The notes under the pieces are model-generated. The model was not told where the DNA came from. It was given only the letters and a program-made list of their open reading frames with translations, and did no database searches. Position numbers and translations under genes: made by a program. Below are positions 38,040-51,416 of a stretch of 64,000 bases of DNA, piece after piece. Position 1 is the first letter of the stretch, and every line of letters begins with the position of its first letter. This DNA is from Squalus acanthias (lineage: Eukaryota), in NCBI GenBank assembly GCA_030390025.1, contig CM059431.1:112904001-112968000 (forward strand), read 5' to 3'.

Positions 38040-38350
38040 AGCAAAAAGCAGCCTTGAGGTGCAGTGGGATAACAGAGGTCCTACTCTGACCAGTGAATAT
38101 CAGCAGGCTATGACTGTAGAAGGCATCACTGACTAACTTCACTTGATGTCCACACACATGTACCTCCGGTGATCATGAGTGGGAACCCTGGCCAATTTTC
38201 CTCTCCTTAACCCCAGGATTCCGAGGCCAATTGTAGGACTCCTACCAGCACCCTAGCAGGAATCAGCCAATTCAGAATACTGGGGTTGGCAGCTGGGACC
38301 TTCCTAGACTTTATGGCTTTACTACTCAACAGATAAACTCAATCTGAGTC
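38040..38350 (-). mobile_element. Old tRNA-derived SINE (AmnSINE2-like), diverged
   Basis: Similar in reverse to 51255-51416; family name from memory, unverified. Confidence 0.45.
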
Positions 38351-38635
38351 ATTAGGAAAGCTACTCAGATCTTAACCGGAAAATCATTCAGATGGGAGCC
38401 CATCTACAAAGACAACATGGCATGGTGTGTGGGCTAGACTCCCTCTGTGGTTCAGTGGTGACAATCCATCAGCCTTGCTTTTTCTTGTTTCAACCAACAT
38501 GCACAATTTGCAAGTGCAACCTGAAGAGTCATAACCTCCAGTGACTTTGGGGACACCCAAAACCACATCTGCTGCATTTACTTCGCACTTCTACTTGCTG
38601 TGCGCAAATTGGTTGCCACGTTTCCGACATTATCT

Positions 38636-40180
38636 TTTTGTTATTCGTTTATGGGATGTGGGCGTCGCTGGCAAGGCCAACATTTATTGCCCATCCCTAA
38701 TTGCCCTTGAGAAGGTGGTGGTGAGCTGCCTTCTTGAACCGCTGCAGTCCCTGTGGTGAAGGTACTCCCACAGTGCTGTTAGGGAGGAAGTTCCAGGATT
38801 TTGACCCAGCGACGATGAAGTAAAGAAGTCTTACTACAATTATACAGTGCATTGGTGAGGCCACACCTGGAGTACTGTGTACAGTTCTGGTCTCCTTACC
38901 TAAGGAAAGACATATTTGCCTTAGAGGGAGTGCAACGAAGAATTTTGACCCAGCGACGATGAAGGATCAGCAAAATACTTCTAAGTCAGGATGGTGTGTG
39001 ACTTGGAGGGGAACTTGGAGGTGGTGGTGTTCCCATGCACCTGCTGCCCTTGTCCTTCTAGGTGGAAGAGGTCGCGGGTTTGGGAGGTGCTGCCGAAAAA
39101 GCCTTGGCGAGTTGCTGCAGTGTATCTTGTACACACTGCAGCCACGGTATTCCGGTGGTGGAGGGAGTGAATGTTTAAGGTGGTGGATGGGGTGCCAATC
39201 AAGTGGGCTGCTTTGTCCTGGATAGTGTCGAGCTTCTTGAGTGTTGTTGGAGCTACACTCATCCAGATAAGTGGAGAGTATTCCATCACGCTCCTGACTT
39301 GTGCCTTGTAGATGGTGGAAAGGCTTTGGGGAGTCAGGAGGTGAGACACTCGCCACAGAATACCTAGCCTCTGACCTGCTCTTGTTGCCACAGTATTCAT
39401 GTGGCTGGTCCAGCTAAGTTTCTGGTCAATGGTGACCCCCAGGATATTGATGGTGGGGGATTCGGTGATGGTAATGCCGTTGAATGTCAAGGGGCGGTGG
39501 TTAGACTCTCACTTGCTGGAGATAGCCCCAGAGTATATTCAAGGCTGAGATAGATAGATTTTTGGACTCTAGGGGAATCAAGGGATATGGAGATCGGGCA
39601 AGAAAGTGGAGTTGAGGTCGATGATCAGCCATGATCTTATTGAATGGCGGAGCAGGCTCAAGCAGCCATATGGGCTACTCCTGCTCTTATTTCTTATAGT
39701 CATTGCCTGACACTTCTGAGGCACGAATGTTACCTGCCACTTATCAGCCCAAGCCTGAACGTTGTCCAGGTCTTGTTGCATGCGGGCATGGACTGCTTCA
39801 TTATCTGAGCAGTTGTGAATGGCACTGAACACTGTGCAGTCATTAGCGAACATCCCAATTTCTGACCTTATGTTGGGGGATGTCATTGATGAAGCAACTG
39901 AAGATGGTTGGGCCTAGGACACTGCCCCGAGGAACTCCTGCAGTGATGTCCTGGAGCTGTGATGATTGACCTTCAACAACCACAACCATCTTCCTTTGTG
40001 CTAGGTATGACTCCAGCCAGTGGAGTGTTTTCCCCCCCGATTCCCATTGACTTCAGTTTTACGCGGGCTCCTTGATGCCACACTCGGTCAAATGCTGCCT
40101 TGATGTCAAGGGCAGTCACTCTCACCTCACCTCTGGAATTCAGCTCCTTTGTCCATGTTTGGACCAAGGTTGTAATGAGG
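38636..40180 (-). mobile_element. LINE family B (RT to 3' tail) inserted in a Deu-SINE; contains CR1 pieces at 38821-38940 and ~39530-39697
   Basis: ALDIKAAFDRVWH, MFANDCT, YKAQVRSVMEYS; SINE halves at 38595-38634 and 40182-40278. Confidence 0.9.
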
Positions 40181-41369
40181 TTTATCACAGTGACTACACT
40201 TCAAAAAGGTACTTAATTAGCTGTAAAGTGCTTTGGGACATCCTGAGGTTGTGAAAGGTGCAAGTCTTTTTATTTTTTCTTGTCATCTTTATCTGTACTT
40301 CTGCAGCATTGATGCCATCTCCTTAAATCCTGCTTCTGTCAATTTCCATTCATCCCACCCCTGATCTATTGTTTTTTTTCTCTAAAGCCCATGTTTCACC
40401 TCCTTCTTTAAAAAAAATTCTCTCATATTTTCTACTTTAACTTCTAATTCAAAGAATACCCTTACATTCATTCTAATATCGCTTTAGCTGTCTAGAATAA
40501 CCTGACTTTGATTTTCTGTGGCAAAAAATACCTCCCACTCCAATAAATCCATCTGCTGGCTTTATTGCTTACTTGATTAATCTTTACACTGCTTCAACTT
40601 TCTGCCAAGAAAATCTGGTCTATCAGTTCTAACCTCCCCTCTTGCTGAGTTCCAATGTTCATCTTCAGCATCCTTTCCTTCTAATGATCAGCCCATGACT
40701 CTTACTGAGCCCTTCACTGTCTTGAATGACCTCAAACAACTCATCCAGAAAATCTTGCAGGCTCCTTGATCTCTACACCCAAATACCAGATATGTGTTCC
40801 TGGTGTGTGAAGCTCTGTCATTTCGAACTCTGCAGAGGGAGTGCCAATTTGTAAATTATACCAATATAAATCAGTCAACGGATATGGTCTTTGAGAATTC
40901 TTTGCCGTGTTTCTTTGATCCAACTGCTGCTGTTACTCTTCTGACTCTTCTATCTTTGCCAAATGAATTGGTGTTACTGTAGCTCAGAGCTTCAAAGCTC
41001 AAAAGCCAGACTGTATACAGCACTGAGAAAGAGCCACAAGCTTGAGTTCAGACAAAGAAGGTCTAATTTTCCCCAACCAGCAGGTATTCTGCAATCCGCG
41101 CCAAGTGATGGTGAATAGCCATTCGATATCCAGGCTTCGCATCTCCAGAGCAAAATTATGATGTTCAGGGAGCTGAACAATTATACCTATTTAATATTCA
41201 AGTGTTGTACTTAAACCACAAAACAGGGATTCGCTCAACATTAATATACATTTTAAAATCCTTATTAAAAATGCATAAGTATTCAAAAGGCTTACAATCC
41301 TCACACTTTAATTAAACCCTCAAATGTTTAACTATAAAAATGATAGAGCAGTTTTAGCTCCAACTACAG

Positions 41370-41580
41370 CCAAGAGGGATGAGGCCATGGAGGGATTTGA
41401 ACTCAAGGATGAGAATTTAGAAATTGAAGCATTGGTGGACTGGGAATCAAAGTAGGTCAGTGAGCACAGGGGTGATGAGTGAAAGGGACTTGGTGCGAGT
41501 TAGGATACATGCAACAAAGTCTTGGATGAGCTGAAGGTTATGGAGGGTGTAGGATGTGAGGCCGGCCAGGAGAGTGTAGT
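41370..41580 (-). mobile_element. L2 LINE fragment
   Basis: Reverse homolog of ~43160-43360. Confidence 0.7.
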
Positions 41581-41848
41581 TCGCTTTGTCGCTTTCTTAC
41601 CTTCCACAAGATCAACTTTGCTTATCTCACAGGTGTCCTTGGCATACAAGCCCCCTTTTTTGGCCACTCTGTCTTTTCTGAACACTTTATACTCCTGAAT
41701 GTTATATTGACTTTCATCCTCAATATTTAGCCATGTTTTTGATATTCCCACTATATCATAGTTCACTACTGCCACAACAGCCTCCTAGTCAGTCATCTTA
41801 TTCCTAATGTTTCTAGCATTCATGTAAATACATCATAGTAGGGATCTA

Positions 41849-42179
41849 AATCTCTCTCTCTCCCCCTACGGCAGCTGTCTCTCATTCTGCCAGCATTTCA
41901 CACTTCACCTTTTGTTTCTTAACCTGTCCCATTACCATCTCGTCTTGCCTTGAGCATCTCTTAATGTCTCTACTTACCATAGTTATTCCTCCCCCCAGCC
42001 TCCCCCTTGCATTTTTATCTGTTTCATTTCCTGCTCTTTTCTCAGTTCTGACAAAGGGTTTCGACCTGAAACGTTAACTCTGTTTCTCTCTCCACGGATG
42101 TTGCCTGGCCTGCTGAGTTTTTCCAGCGTTTTCTGTTGTTGTTTCAATTTTCCAGCATCCGCAGTATTTTGCTATCGTA
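41849..42179 (+). mobile_element. Penelope-like terminal repeat
   Basis: 14-bp TSD ATAGTAGGGATCTA (41835-48, 42180-93); degenerate hammerhead core at 42048-42075. Confidence 0.85.
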
Positions 42180-42426
42180 ATAGTAGGGATCTATCTCATT
42201 TCAAGTCGCCAAGTATCTGTTTGTTGCTGGTCAATAGTGCATGTATGCCTCTCTGGATTTCTATGTCCATAAAAACCTGTTGACAATCTTCTGCCCCACA
42301 ATTTGTCTTATCACGCATCCTGTTTCCTCCCAGCCCTCCCCCATCTATCTAGTTTAAAGGGTTCTCAATTACTGCCTCAATGTTCTTTGCCAGCCTCTTT
42401 GTTCCTATGTGATTTAGATATAGCCC

Positions 42427-42459
42427 AGATTTCAGATTTCCGCAGCCGCAGTATTTTGC
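42427..42459 (+). mobile_element. 33-bp Penelope-like extreme 3' end
   Basis: 14-bp TSD TTTAGATATAGCCC (42413-26, 42460-73). Confidence 0.75.
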
Positions 42460-42959
42460 TTTAGATATAGCCCGTCCTTCCAGTACCAGTCCTTTTTATT
42501 CCAAAAGTGTTCTCAGTTATTTATTTAGCATTGCTACTTTCACGCTATGTTGCCAGCCACTCAATAACATCCTCAATTTTATGACAGAGCTTCACACACC
42601 AGGAGCACATATCTAGTATTTGGGTGTAGAGATCAAGGAGCCTGCAAGATTTTCTGACGAATTTTCCTCCTTTCCCAAATAACGGAAGTATACCGGGAAA
42701 CATTACTTTGCACCCCATCTTTGAATTTCGAGGCAATCTTTTAAGGTACCTGTACTATTTCTCCCAATGTTGTTTACAATTACGTGAACTATACCCATTG
42801 AGTCCCTTCCTATCCCCTTTAGTATCCATTCTAATCTTCAATATATACTGCTGTAGGTCTAGGTAGGCAACTCACCATTCTATAGGTATTGGGGTAGAGT
42901 TTCTGCTTGTTTGTGCTAGTTTTGCACCCTGGCTACCGACTCCATCCCTCTCCCTGGTC

Positions 42960-43682
42960 ACTATCTGAGGCTGAATCAGACCATTCGCAAACTTGACGTC
43001 CTATTTGACCCTAATATCAGCTTCTGACCACATATCTGCTCCATCACCAAGAACACCTACTTCACCACCACCACTGTAACATCACCCGCCTCTGCCCCTT
43101 CCTCAGCTCATTTGCTGCTGAAACCCTCATCCATGCCTTTGCTACCTCTAGACTTGACTATTCCAATGCCTCCCATCATCCAACCTCTATAAACATGAAC
43201 TCATCCAAAACTCTACTGCCTGTGTCCTAACTCTCACCAAGTTCCGTTCACCCATCACACCTGTGCTCGCTGTCCTACATTGGCTCCCGGTCCGGCAATG
43301 CCTCAATTTTAAAATTCTCATCCTTGTTTTCAAATCCTTTCATGACCTCGCCCCCTCCCTATCTCTGTAACCTCCTCCAGCCCTACAACCGTCCAAGATA
43401 TCTGCGCTCCTCCAATTCTGGCCTCTTGCGTTTCCCTGATTTTCATCGCTGCACCATTGGCAGCCGTGCCTTCAGCTGCTTGAAATTCTCGGCCTGAACC
43501 TCTCCAGCTCACTACCTCCCTCGCCTCTTTTAAGATTACTTCTTTGATCAAGCTTTTGGTCAGCTGTCCTAATACCTCCTTATGCGGCTCAGTGTCAAAT
43601 CTTGTTTGATAATTGCTCCTGTGAAGTACCTTGGGGCATTTTACTACATTAAAGGCGCTATACAAATGCAAGTTGTTGTTGT
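42960..43682 (+). mobile_element. L2 LINE 3' end
   Basis: Encodes ..ETLIHAFATSRLDYSN..HITPVLAVLHWLPV..; tail ATACAAATGCAAGTTGTTGTTGTTG. Confidence 0.9.
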
Positions 43683-43699
43683 TGATTCCAGCACAATCA

Positions 43700-44313
43700 G
43701 CCGAATCAGTGAGTTTCGCCCAAAGCCACTTAATTTGGGGTTTTTCGTGATGTTTTACATTGGTTTAAAGAATCAATCCGCCCTGAACAGGCCATGTCCA
43801 CTAAACTGGCCACATGCCAGGTCGGCACTGCGACATTTCGCCAATTGCACTGGTTCGGGAAAGCTCTTCAAATTGCACTCATTTTCTTAGTTTCACAGGC
43901 ACTAGTGGGCATGTTTTAAAAGTTTTTACTTATCAAAAAATGTGTAATTTACTAAGAAACTGACCAGTGTACACCAATTAAACTATTAAATGGTTCAGTA
44001 TAGGTTTTTTTTAAGTCATGTTCAGTGATTTTAAATCAGGTTACTCACAGGTGGAGGACTGGACACCTGTCTTGATAAACCCTGTTCCAGCTGTATTAAT
44101 AAAACTGCACCAGGTTACCACTCTTAAATACATCAATGAATATTTTTTAATGCAAACAAATAAAAAACGATTACGTTCTATTATGCCGCCCGAGTGCACT
44201 GGTTCATGGAAGATTTTGTGTTTGTGATTATGCGAATACATTTTCGTGGAAATTTTAACCGTGACCTAACAAGTGCAATTTCCTGATTGCACTCAAAGCA
44301 GAAACTCTACCCC
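43700..44313. mobile_element. Harbinger-type MITE, right part
   Basis: Ends AGAAACTCTACCCC followed by ATT. Confidence 0.5.
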
Positions 44314-44559
44314 ATTGTCTTTATGTCACACCTGGCTATTCACCTGCCTGAGTAAAGAGTCCCTTATGACTACAATCTCCCTATGATTTGTTAGCTGTTT
44401 CTTGGTCCAAACTGTCCTCCCTGTTTCTCTAGCTACCTCCTTTTCCCTGACGTTCTCTTCATCACTTACGGTCCCTTGAATTTAGGAATTTACCTGGAAG
44501 AAGAATGAGTGGAACAGTCATCAAATACAGCATAAAACCCTTCATGGAATGCCACTTAG

Positions 44560-44710
44560 TAGTGCCCTGTGCTTTTGAATTGCATTAATAGTATCCTGTA
44601 AAAGGCCTGTAAGCATTTTCTCCAGTACCAGTATTGGAGTAATCAAGTTATACTTCCCTGACTCATTTCTTCCTCCTTTCTTAAATATTAGGATAGCATT
44701 TGGACAATAA
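44560..44710 (-). mobile_element. CR1 RT fragment
   Basis: NAILIFKKGGRNESGKYNLI in ORF 44542..44814. Confidence 0.7.
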
Positions 44711-45301
44711 GTTTGTACTACTGGCAAGGAGCCCGCTAGCGTTGGGCATTCACTGCCTGTGATTTTCCATTGAGGCACCGGCCGGTGGTGTAAACGTGGC
44801 CCTCCACATCTCAAGCACTTGCAGAGCTTCTAATACATGAGCTACAGCCTATTACCTAACTAATTCAATTGATAATTCAAAGGCACATTCCGCATGGTCC
44901 AAATGTCATGAAAACATTTAAGATGTTGAATTTCTTCAAAAATACCTAGGTTCTGAAATTACGCCGTAGGCTGTGAGTGTGAACAGTTAATGGGATAATT
45001 TGAAATTCCTCTGTGCCTTTTAAAAAGGAGGTGTTAACCCATTTATATCTCTTCAAAAATGGCAGAAAAAGGAATATTAGACAAATGCTTTAAGCTTTCA
45101 TAAGCATGGCCACAGTTTAATTCCAGGGCCATCAAACCACAAGTTTATAAATTTTCAAGTCAATTTGACAATATCTGAAATTTCTTCTCAGTTTTAGATT
45201 ATGGGAACAGATGTGAAGAATTCATTTAATATCTGAATAATTTTCTTATTTCACCTAAAACAATTTATCCTAAAGAACTTATTTGGCCTTTAACACTCTA
45301 T

Positions 45302-45431
45302 GGCCTAGAAATTCGTCTCGGGCAGTGGCGCAAAGCGGGCGGTATCGGATCGGCCGCCCGTTATACACAGCGCCTGAGGCTGATCCGATACTATCCACTT
45401 TGCATCACCGCCCAAGGTGACTTTCTAGCCC
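45302..45431. mobile_element. 130-bp palindromic MITE
   Basis: GGCCTAGAAATTC / GACTTTCTAGCCC; arms complementary over ~50 bp. Confidence 0.75.
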
Positions 45432-45724
45432 TTGACCTTTACCTTAATGGTTTTTGTCGTTCTTGTTGTTGCCTATCAACAATAGCAAAAGCAATTGTTA
45501 CTGCAGTTCATCATTCAAAGATTGCATGTATTCTATAGTAGCTATTGTCTTGAGTTGCAAGTCTCGAATGCCTGCTTTGCACTTAGCTTTCACTTACTGT
45601 TGTGCATCACACAGTTGCCTCTGCTTTGGACACACCTTGGAATCTGTTGCGGTCGCAATTAAAGGGCACATAGCTCCACATTACAAATAGGTTTTAGTTC
45701 TGTTTTTGTTTGGTGTTGTAATAA

Positions 45725-46179
45725 AAGAAAAAGAAAGACTTGCATTTATATAGCGCCTTTCACAACCACCGGTCGTCTCAAAGCACTTTACAGCCAATGA
45801 AGTACTTTTGGAGTGTCGTCACTGTTGTAATGTGGGAAACATGGCAGTCAATTTGCACTCAGCAAGCTCCCACAAACAGCAATGTGATAATAGCCAGATA
45901 AACTGTTTTTGTTATGTTGATTGAGGGATAAATATTGGCCAGGACACTGGGGATAACTCCCCTGCTCTTCTTCAAAATAGTGCCATGGGATCTTTTACAT
46001 CCATCTGAGAGAGCAGATTAACATCTCACCCGAAAGATGGCACCTCTGACAGTGCAGCACTCCCCTGGAGTGAAGTGTCAGCCTAGATTTATGTGCTCAA
46101 GTCCCTGGCGTGGGACGTGAACCCACAACCATTCTGACTCAGAGGCAAGAGTGCTGCCAACTGAGCCACAGCTGACACT
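45725..46179 (-). mobile_element. Deu-domain SINE, full length
   Basis: Head, core and tail all present. Confidence 0.92.
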
Positions 46180-49033
46180 AATAATGGTTCATCTCCTGTT
46201 AGGTGCTAATCACCCATTAAAAGGTTATTTGAAAAAAAGTCTTAACAAAAGAGAAATGTTATATCAACCACCAATCTGTGTCAAAAGCCATTGTTGCCAC
46301 AAGTGAGGAATGCATGGCGTATTTGCTACCTCCTCTTGAAATTCCACCCAGTAGCTTGGCCATGGATCAACAAAGTAAATTGCAACTGGGTCCGATGAAC
46401 TGGAGTGCCGGGTAAACTATGGGAGTTAAATCCGTGCGCTCTGATTGTGAAAGAAGCAATCTTATTACTGTGCAATTAAAGAAAAATTAAAATATATTCA
46501 TACCACAAATCATTAATTATAATACCACACATGTCACATGTACAGGACAACACTTTTTAATGCAGTCATGTCAGTAATCTTACAGATATCAATGTGCCGT
46601 TCCCCAAAGGGCAAGGCTGGGTGCTAAAAATACAGCTTTTGATTCGTTGAAGAACATTTAGTGCTTCGATTGTTATTTTTGAAAACATTCATATAATTCA
46701 TTGTTTGTTGTGTGGAATTTATCTTTTTTTTTAAAGGGATGAGGCAAACACATTTGTTTCACATGTGAATAGTCCAAAGAATTAAAGTTGTAAACAGGAT
46801 TCAAATTAGTTAAGGCCATTAAAAAAATAAAATGTCTTCTATTTTTCTGTACAATTTTGTTTTTTTTGTAAATGCATGATTACAAGAAGAGTTAACTTCT
46901 GTATGATTCCATCATTATGTCTTATTCTTGAATTTTGCCCCTTGCTTCTCCTTTAATTCTGGTCTCATCCCAACACTAGCCTTATACTTAATCTTGTTCT
47001 CTCCACTGCCTGTGGGCAATTGGCTGGCAATCAGCACCTCTGCTTAGTAACGTAACTGAGACTGGGAGCTCATTAAATTGGAAAATCACTCGCATCCTTA
47101 AAAATTTGTGGTAGCGATGGCTGGAAGATGACGAGTTTAAGTATCCAGCACTTATGTTAGATAATCAAAACTCTGAAGGAGCAGAGGAATTGCTTACACT
47201 TGATCGAAAAGTTCAACAATGAGAAATAATTGCACACGGCCACATCTCCCCTCCCCTTCCCCTACCCCGCCACTCCTCCTGCCACATAATTCCCATTTAT
47301 TCACTGCTGGCTACATCTCCTCTACCAACCCTATTTTTAAAGACAGCACCAGAACAGCATTTGCCTCCCTCCCAGCAGCGGTAAGTCAATGAAGGGCAGT
47401 TTTAGCTAATGAGGATCCTAGGGGGAAATTGCAGTGAGTCAGCGGCTGCTTTGCATTGATACACATTAGAACCACGCCATTGCAAATCTGCCAATGGGAG
47501 GAAAATCCACGCCTACATGTTTTGAAGCTCTGAAGTCTTTTCTAGTTATCAGCTTAATAACAATTTCTACAAAAAATTGTAACATCTGCGATGCATCTTT
47601 CTCTCATACATAGAATTTGTCAACAGGTGTGTAACTTCCTGTCCCATTTGAAGGATTTGTTTCTACTTGATTGTCATGTGACAGGTTGTCATTGTGCCCT
47701 ATGGGTATTATTGTTACATAGGATCAGGATGAAAACTACGATATGCATGATGAATATCTCTCTTGCAACTGATTTTTCCCCTTCAAAATCTAGGAGCAAG
47801 AAAGGCACAAGATCTGCAGAGCGTGGGACTGATTTAAATAAAATGTTTAAATGTTTAATTAAGCTTGCACCAGTCACCAGCGCAGCCTCCAAAATCCTAG
47901 CATTTGTGTTCATTGCAAAATACCTGCGTGACCAATTTTTTGACCCACACCCACACCCCACAGGGCTTTCTAATCCCTGAATGTTGGCAAATAACACTCT
48001 GACATACTGTACATCTGAGATTATACAGTACTCAGCACAAAGTCAAATAATGACATAAAAATGAATCGCGGTTGTTTACATATCTTACAAAGTCTGTTTC
48101 AAAATGAAGCATCATGAAACTTTAGTAATTCTCAGAACATGGAACACACATGGTGTAGAATAATTTAAGCATGAATTTGAATATTCACAGAGTTTTTCCA
48201 CTTTCCCCAGTTCAATTGCCTGGTGAAGCAAATATTCATTCTGGAGCCTAGCTACAGGGAAACAGTTTTATCCACTCTTTGCTTTGAAAACTGAACTGAG
48301 ACAAAGGAATATTAAAAAAAGTTATCTTTCACAATTTCATAAAGCTGGCAAACACAGTAGGGATCAAAGGCGAGTCTCTCTCCTACCAACCCTATCATTA
48401 AAGACATCACCAGGACTGTATTTCCCTCCCTCTCAGTCACACGCACCCTCTCAAGACAATGCCAAGCTGTCAGAGCCTTGCTTTCAGGACCCCCAGTGGG
48501 ACAAGCGGTTGGCTAGCTGTGAAGAGGAGACACAGCTAATCAATCGTAAGTGTTTCTGTCACCTGGCAAGACTTGGCAACAAACACACATTGGCAAGCCC
48601 ACCCAGATGGGGTTGACTCATCCACCCCTTTGAAGTGGCAGCCTACATACCAGCTCAGCAGTGTGGACTCCCTTCAGTACAGAGCAACCAGGCAGCTGAG
48701 AGAATCGCCCCTAGCAGGAATTTGCAGAAACCACATTAAAGTTGCTACAATGCTGACACAGCTACAGAATTCCCATAAGGAAATATTAAAATGTGAAGTG
48801 TGGATTTATATTGTGAATTCAGGTGCGGAGGCCAGAAGGCCCCAAAAGAATTTCCGTCTGTTAAATTCAATCGATGGAAAATCGTACAAGGTCTCCTGAC
48901 CCCTGCACCCAAATTCACAATATGTGTTTTCAGTGTACAAAACTCAAAGCCAGGAACACATTTCATAAAATGTACTCTGGGGCTTTTATGGATGATTATT
49001 TTTATTGTTGTATTTGCACAAATACAACAACAA

Positions 49034-49265
49034 CAATTTCTTCACTCAGAGGGTGGTGAACCTGTGGAATTCTCTTACCACAAAAGGCTGTGGAGGCCAA
49101 GTCACTGAATATATTTAAGAAGGAGATAGATTTCTAGACGCAAAAGGCGTCAAGGGTTATGGGGAGAGACCGGGAATATGGTATTGAGATAGAGGATCAA
49201 CCATGATCATATTGAATGGCGGAGCAGGCTCGAAGGGCCGAATGGCCTACTCCTGCTATTTTTCT
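49034..49265 (+). mobile_element. CR1 3' end
   Basis: Very similar to 4330-4570. Confidence 0.92.
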
Positions 49266-49537
49266 AAAAACGTTAATTCTTCTTCATTCAGCATTCCGCA
49301 CATAATGTAGGAATAAAGCCTGGTTTGATTGCTTCCATGGAAACCACAGGGCCGGTTTTACAAAATTCAGGGCAGGGAGTCTCATCCACAGGATGAAGAT
49401 GTCAGGAAATCGTAGCTGGCGTGCATTTGTAAAGTCGGTGCTCATGCAGCAGGTGCATATAAATGTCACCTTGACATTGCAGTTTGGTGGTATCAGAGAT
49501 AGGGGACACCTTGCTCAGTGTCCACAGGATGATCACA

Positions 49538-50102
49538 GTGTCACCTACGGCTCAGTTGGTAGCATTCTTGCCTCTGGGTCAGAAGGTTGTGGGTTCATAA
49601 TCCCACTCCAGAGACTTGAGCACAAAAATCTAGGCATGACTAGGTCCCGCGCAGGCCGCTCACAAGCTGCTTTCGTTGGAAGATACCGCGGCTGCACAGC
49701 AAATTTAAAGGGACCGCGCATGAAAAAAAATTAGAGGGAATATTGCTCTCCAGTGCAGTGCTGAGGGAGCGCTGCACTATCGGAGGTGCCGTCTTTCGGA
49801 TGAGACATTAAACCGAGGCCCCATCTGCTCTCTCAGGTGGACATAAAAGATCCCATCGCACTATTTTAAAGAAAAGCAAGGCGTTCTCCCCGGTGTCCTG
49901 GCCAATATTTATTCCTCAACCAACATCAAAAAATAACAGATGGTCTGGCCATTATACGTTGCTGTTTGTGGGACCATCGCTGTGCGCAAACTGGCTGCCG
50001 CTTTTTCTGTGTTACAACACTTCAACAGTACCTCATTGGCTGCAAAGCACTTTGGCACGTCCTGAGATTGTGAAAAATGCTATCTTTTGCAAGACTTTCT
50101 TT
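49538..50102 (+). mobile_element. Deu-domain SINE interrupted by a hAT-like MITE end (~49641-49745)
   Basis: The insert ends AATTAGAGGGAATATTG; the same end occurs at 58193-58233. Confidence 0.8.
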
Positions 50103-50424
50103 AATAGGAATTCTTAAGGGAAAATATCCCTGGGTGCGCACTGGATCACCTGGGAACAGCGAACATCAGAAAACGGGCAGGTCGGAGCGCACACCTTAAA
50201 GGAACCCGATTGTCCTCCATTTTAATTATGCATTCTTCTTGCAGGACAGGTTAGCACCCAGTGCTGGAGAACAGCAGGCTACAGATGGAGGACCCCCCCA
50301 AACATCCTGACATTAATCCGTCAGGAGGACTTTACCCGAGGTAGGGAGTCCTCCTCGGAGGGAGGGAGGGTCGTTTCTGGGGTAGTCCTCGGGTGCCCTA
50401 CTGTGGCATTAGGTGGTCAACTTA

Positions 50425-51075
50425 AGAAACTTAACTGGACCAGCCACATAAATACTGTGGCAACAAGAGCAGGTCAGAGGCTAGGTATTCTGCGGCGAGT
50501 GTCTCACCTCCTGACTCCCCAAAGCCTTTCCACCATCTACAAGGCACAAGTAAGGAGTGTGATGGAATACTCTCCACTTGCCTGGATGAGTGCAGCTCCA
50601 ACAACACTCAAGAAGCTCGACACTATCCAGGACAAAGCAGCCCGCTTGATTGGTACTCCATCCACCACCTTAAACATTCACTCCCTCCACCACCGGCGTA
50701 CCGTGGCTGCAGTGTGTACCATCTACAAGATGCACTGCAGGAACTTGCCAAGGCTTCTTCGGCAGCATCTCCCAAACCTGCGACCTCTTCCACCTAGAAG
50801 GACAAGGGCAGTAGGCGCATGGGAACACCACCACCTCCAAGTTCCCCTCCAAGTCACACACCATCCTGACTTAGAAGTATATCGCCGATCCTTCATCGTC
50901 GCTGGGTCAAAATCCTGGAACCCCCTCCCTAACAGCACTGTGGGAGTACCATCACCACACGGACTGCAGCGGTTCAAGAAGGCGGCTCACCACCACCTTC
51001 TCAAGGGCAACTAGGGATGGGCAATAAATGCTGGCATTGCCAATGACGCCCACATCCCATAAATGAATTAAAAAC
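50425..51075 (+). mobile_element. LINE family B 3' end, open reading frame
   Basis: ORF 50403..51014 KLNWTSHINTVATRAGQRLG...KKAAHHHLLKGN, then the 3'UTR. Confidence 0.92.
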
Positions 51076-51416
51076 ATTTTTAAATAACTACCTCAGGGGA
51101 AGCTGCAAAGGAGTCAAGATTTTTATTTCTTTAACTTAAATTTAGCAGGGTTTGAGAGTTGAATCAATAGTTCCTGATATAGTAGAACCACTCATTCCCC
51201 AGTATTGTTAAAAGAAAAAGAATCTTGCTATAAATAGGTTCCCATCGGCTCTTTGATGGCTCAGTTGGTAAAAGCCCTGCCCAGTGTGAAACTGAGCCAT
51301 AAAAAGCAGGAGGGTTTGTGCTGATCTCAGCACGGATGGTGGTAGAGGAGCTACAATCAGCCCCAGTGACCCTCGACTGGGTAAAACTCAGCAGAATTTC
51401 ACTCCTGATCGCTGTC

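Larger units (their letters stand above)
41581..42900 (-). mobile_element. Old CR1 5' region (ORF1 end and APE endonuclease start) with three inserts
   Basis: YDIVGISKTWL..YKVFRKDR..KKGG (ORF 41500..41775); upstream region is compatible with the CR1 ORF1 esterase. Confidence 0.7.

Noticed and set aside
47722..47772. Possible exon DQDENYDMHDEYLSCN*
   Set aside because: Weak acceptor and too short to support.
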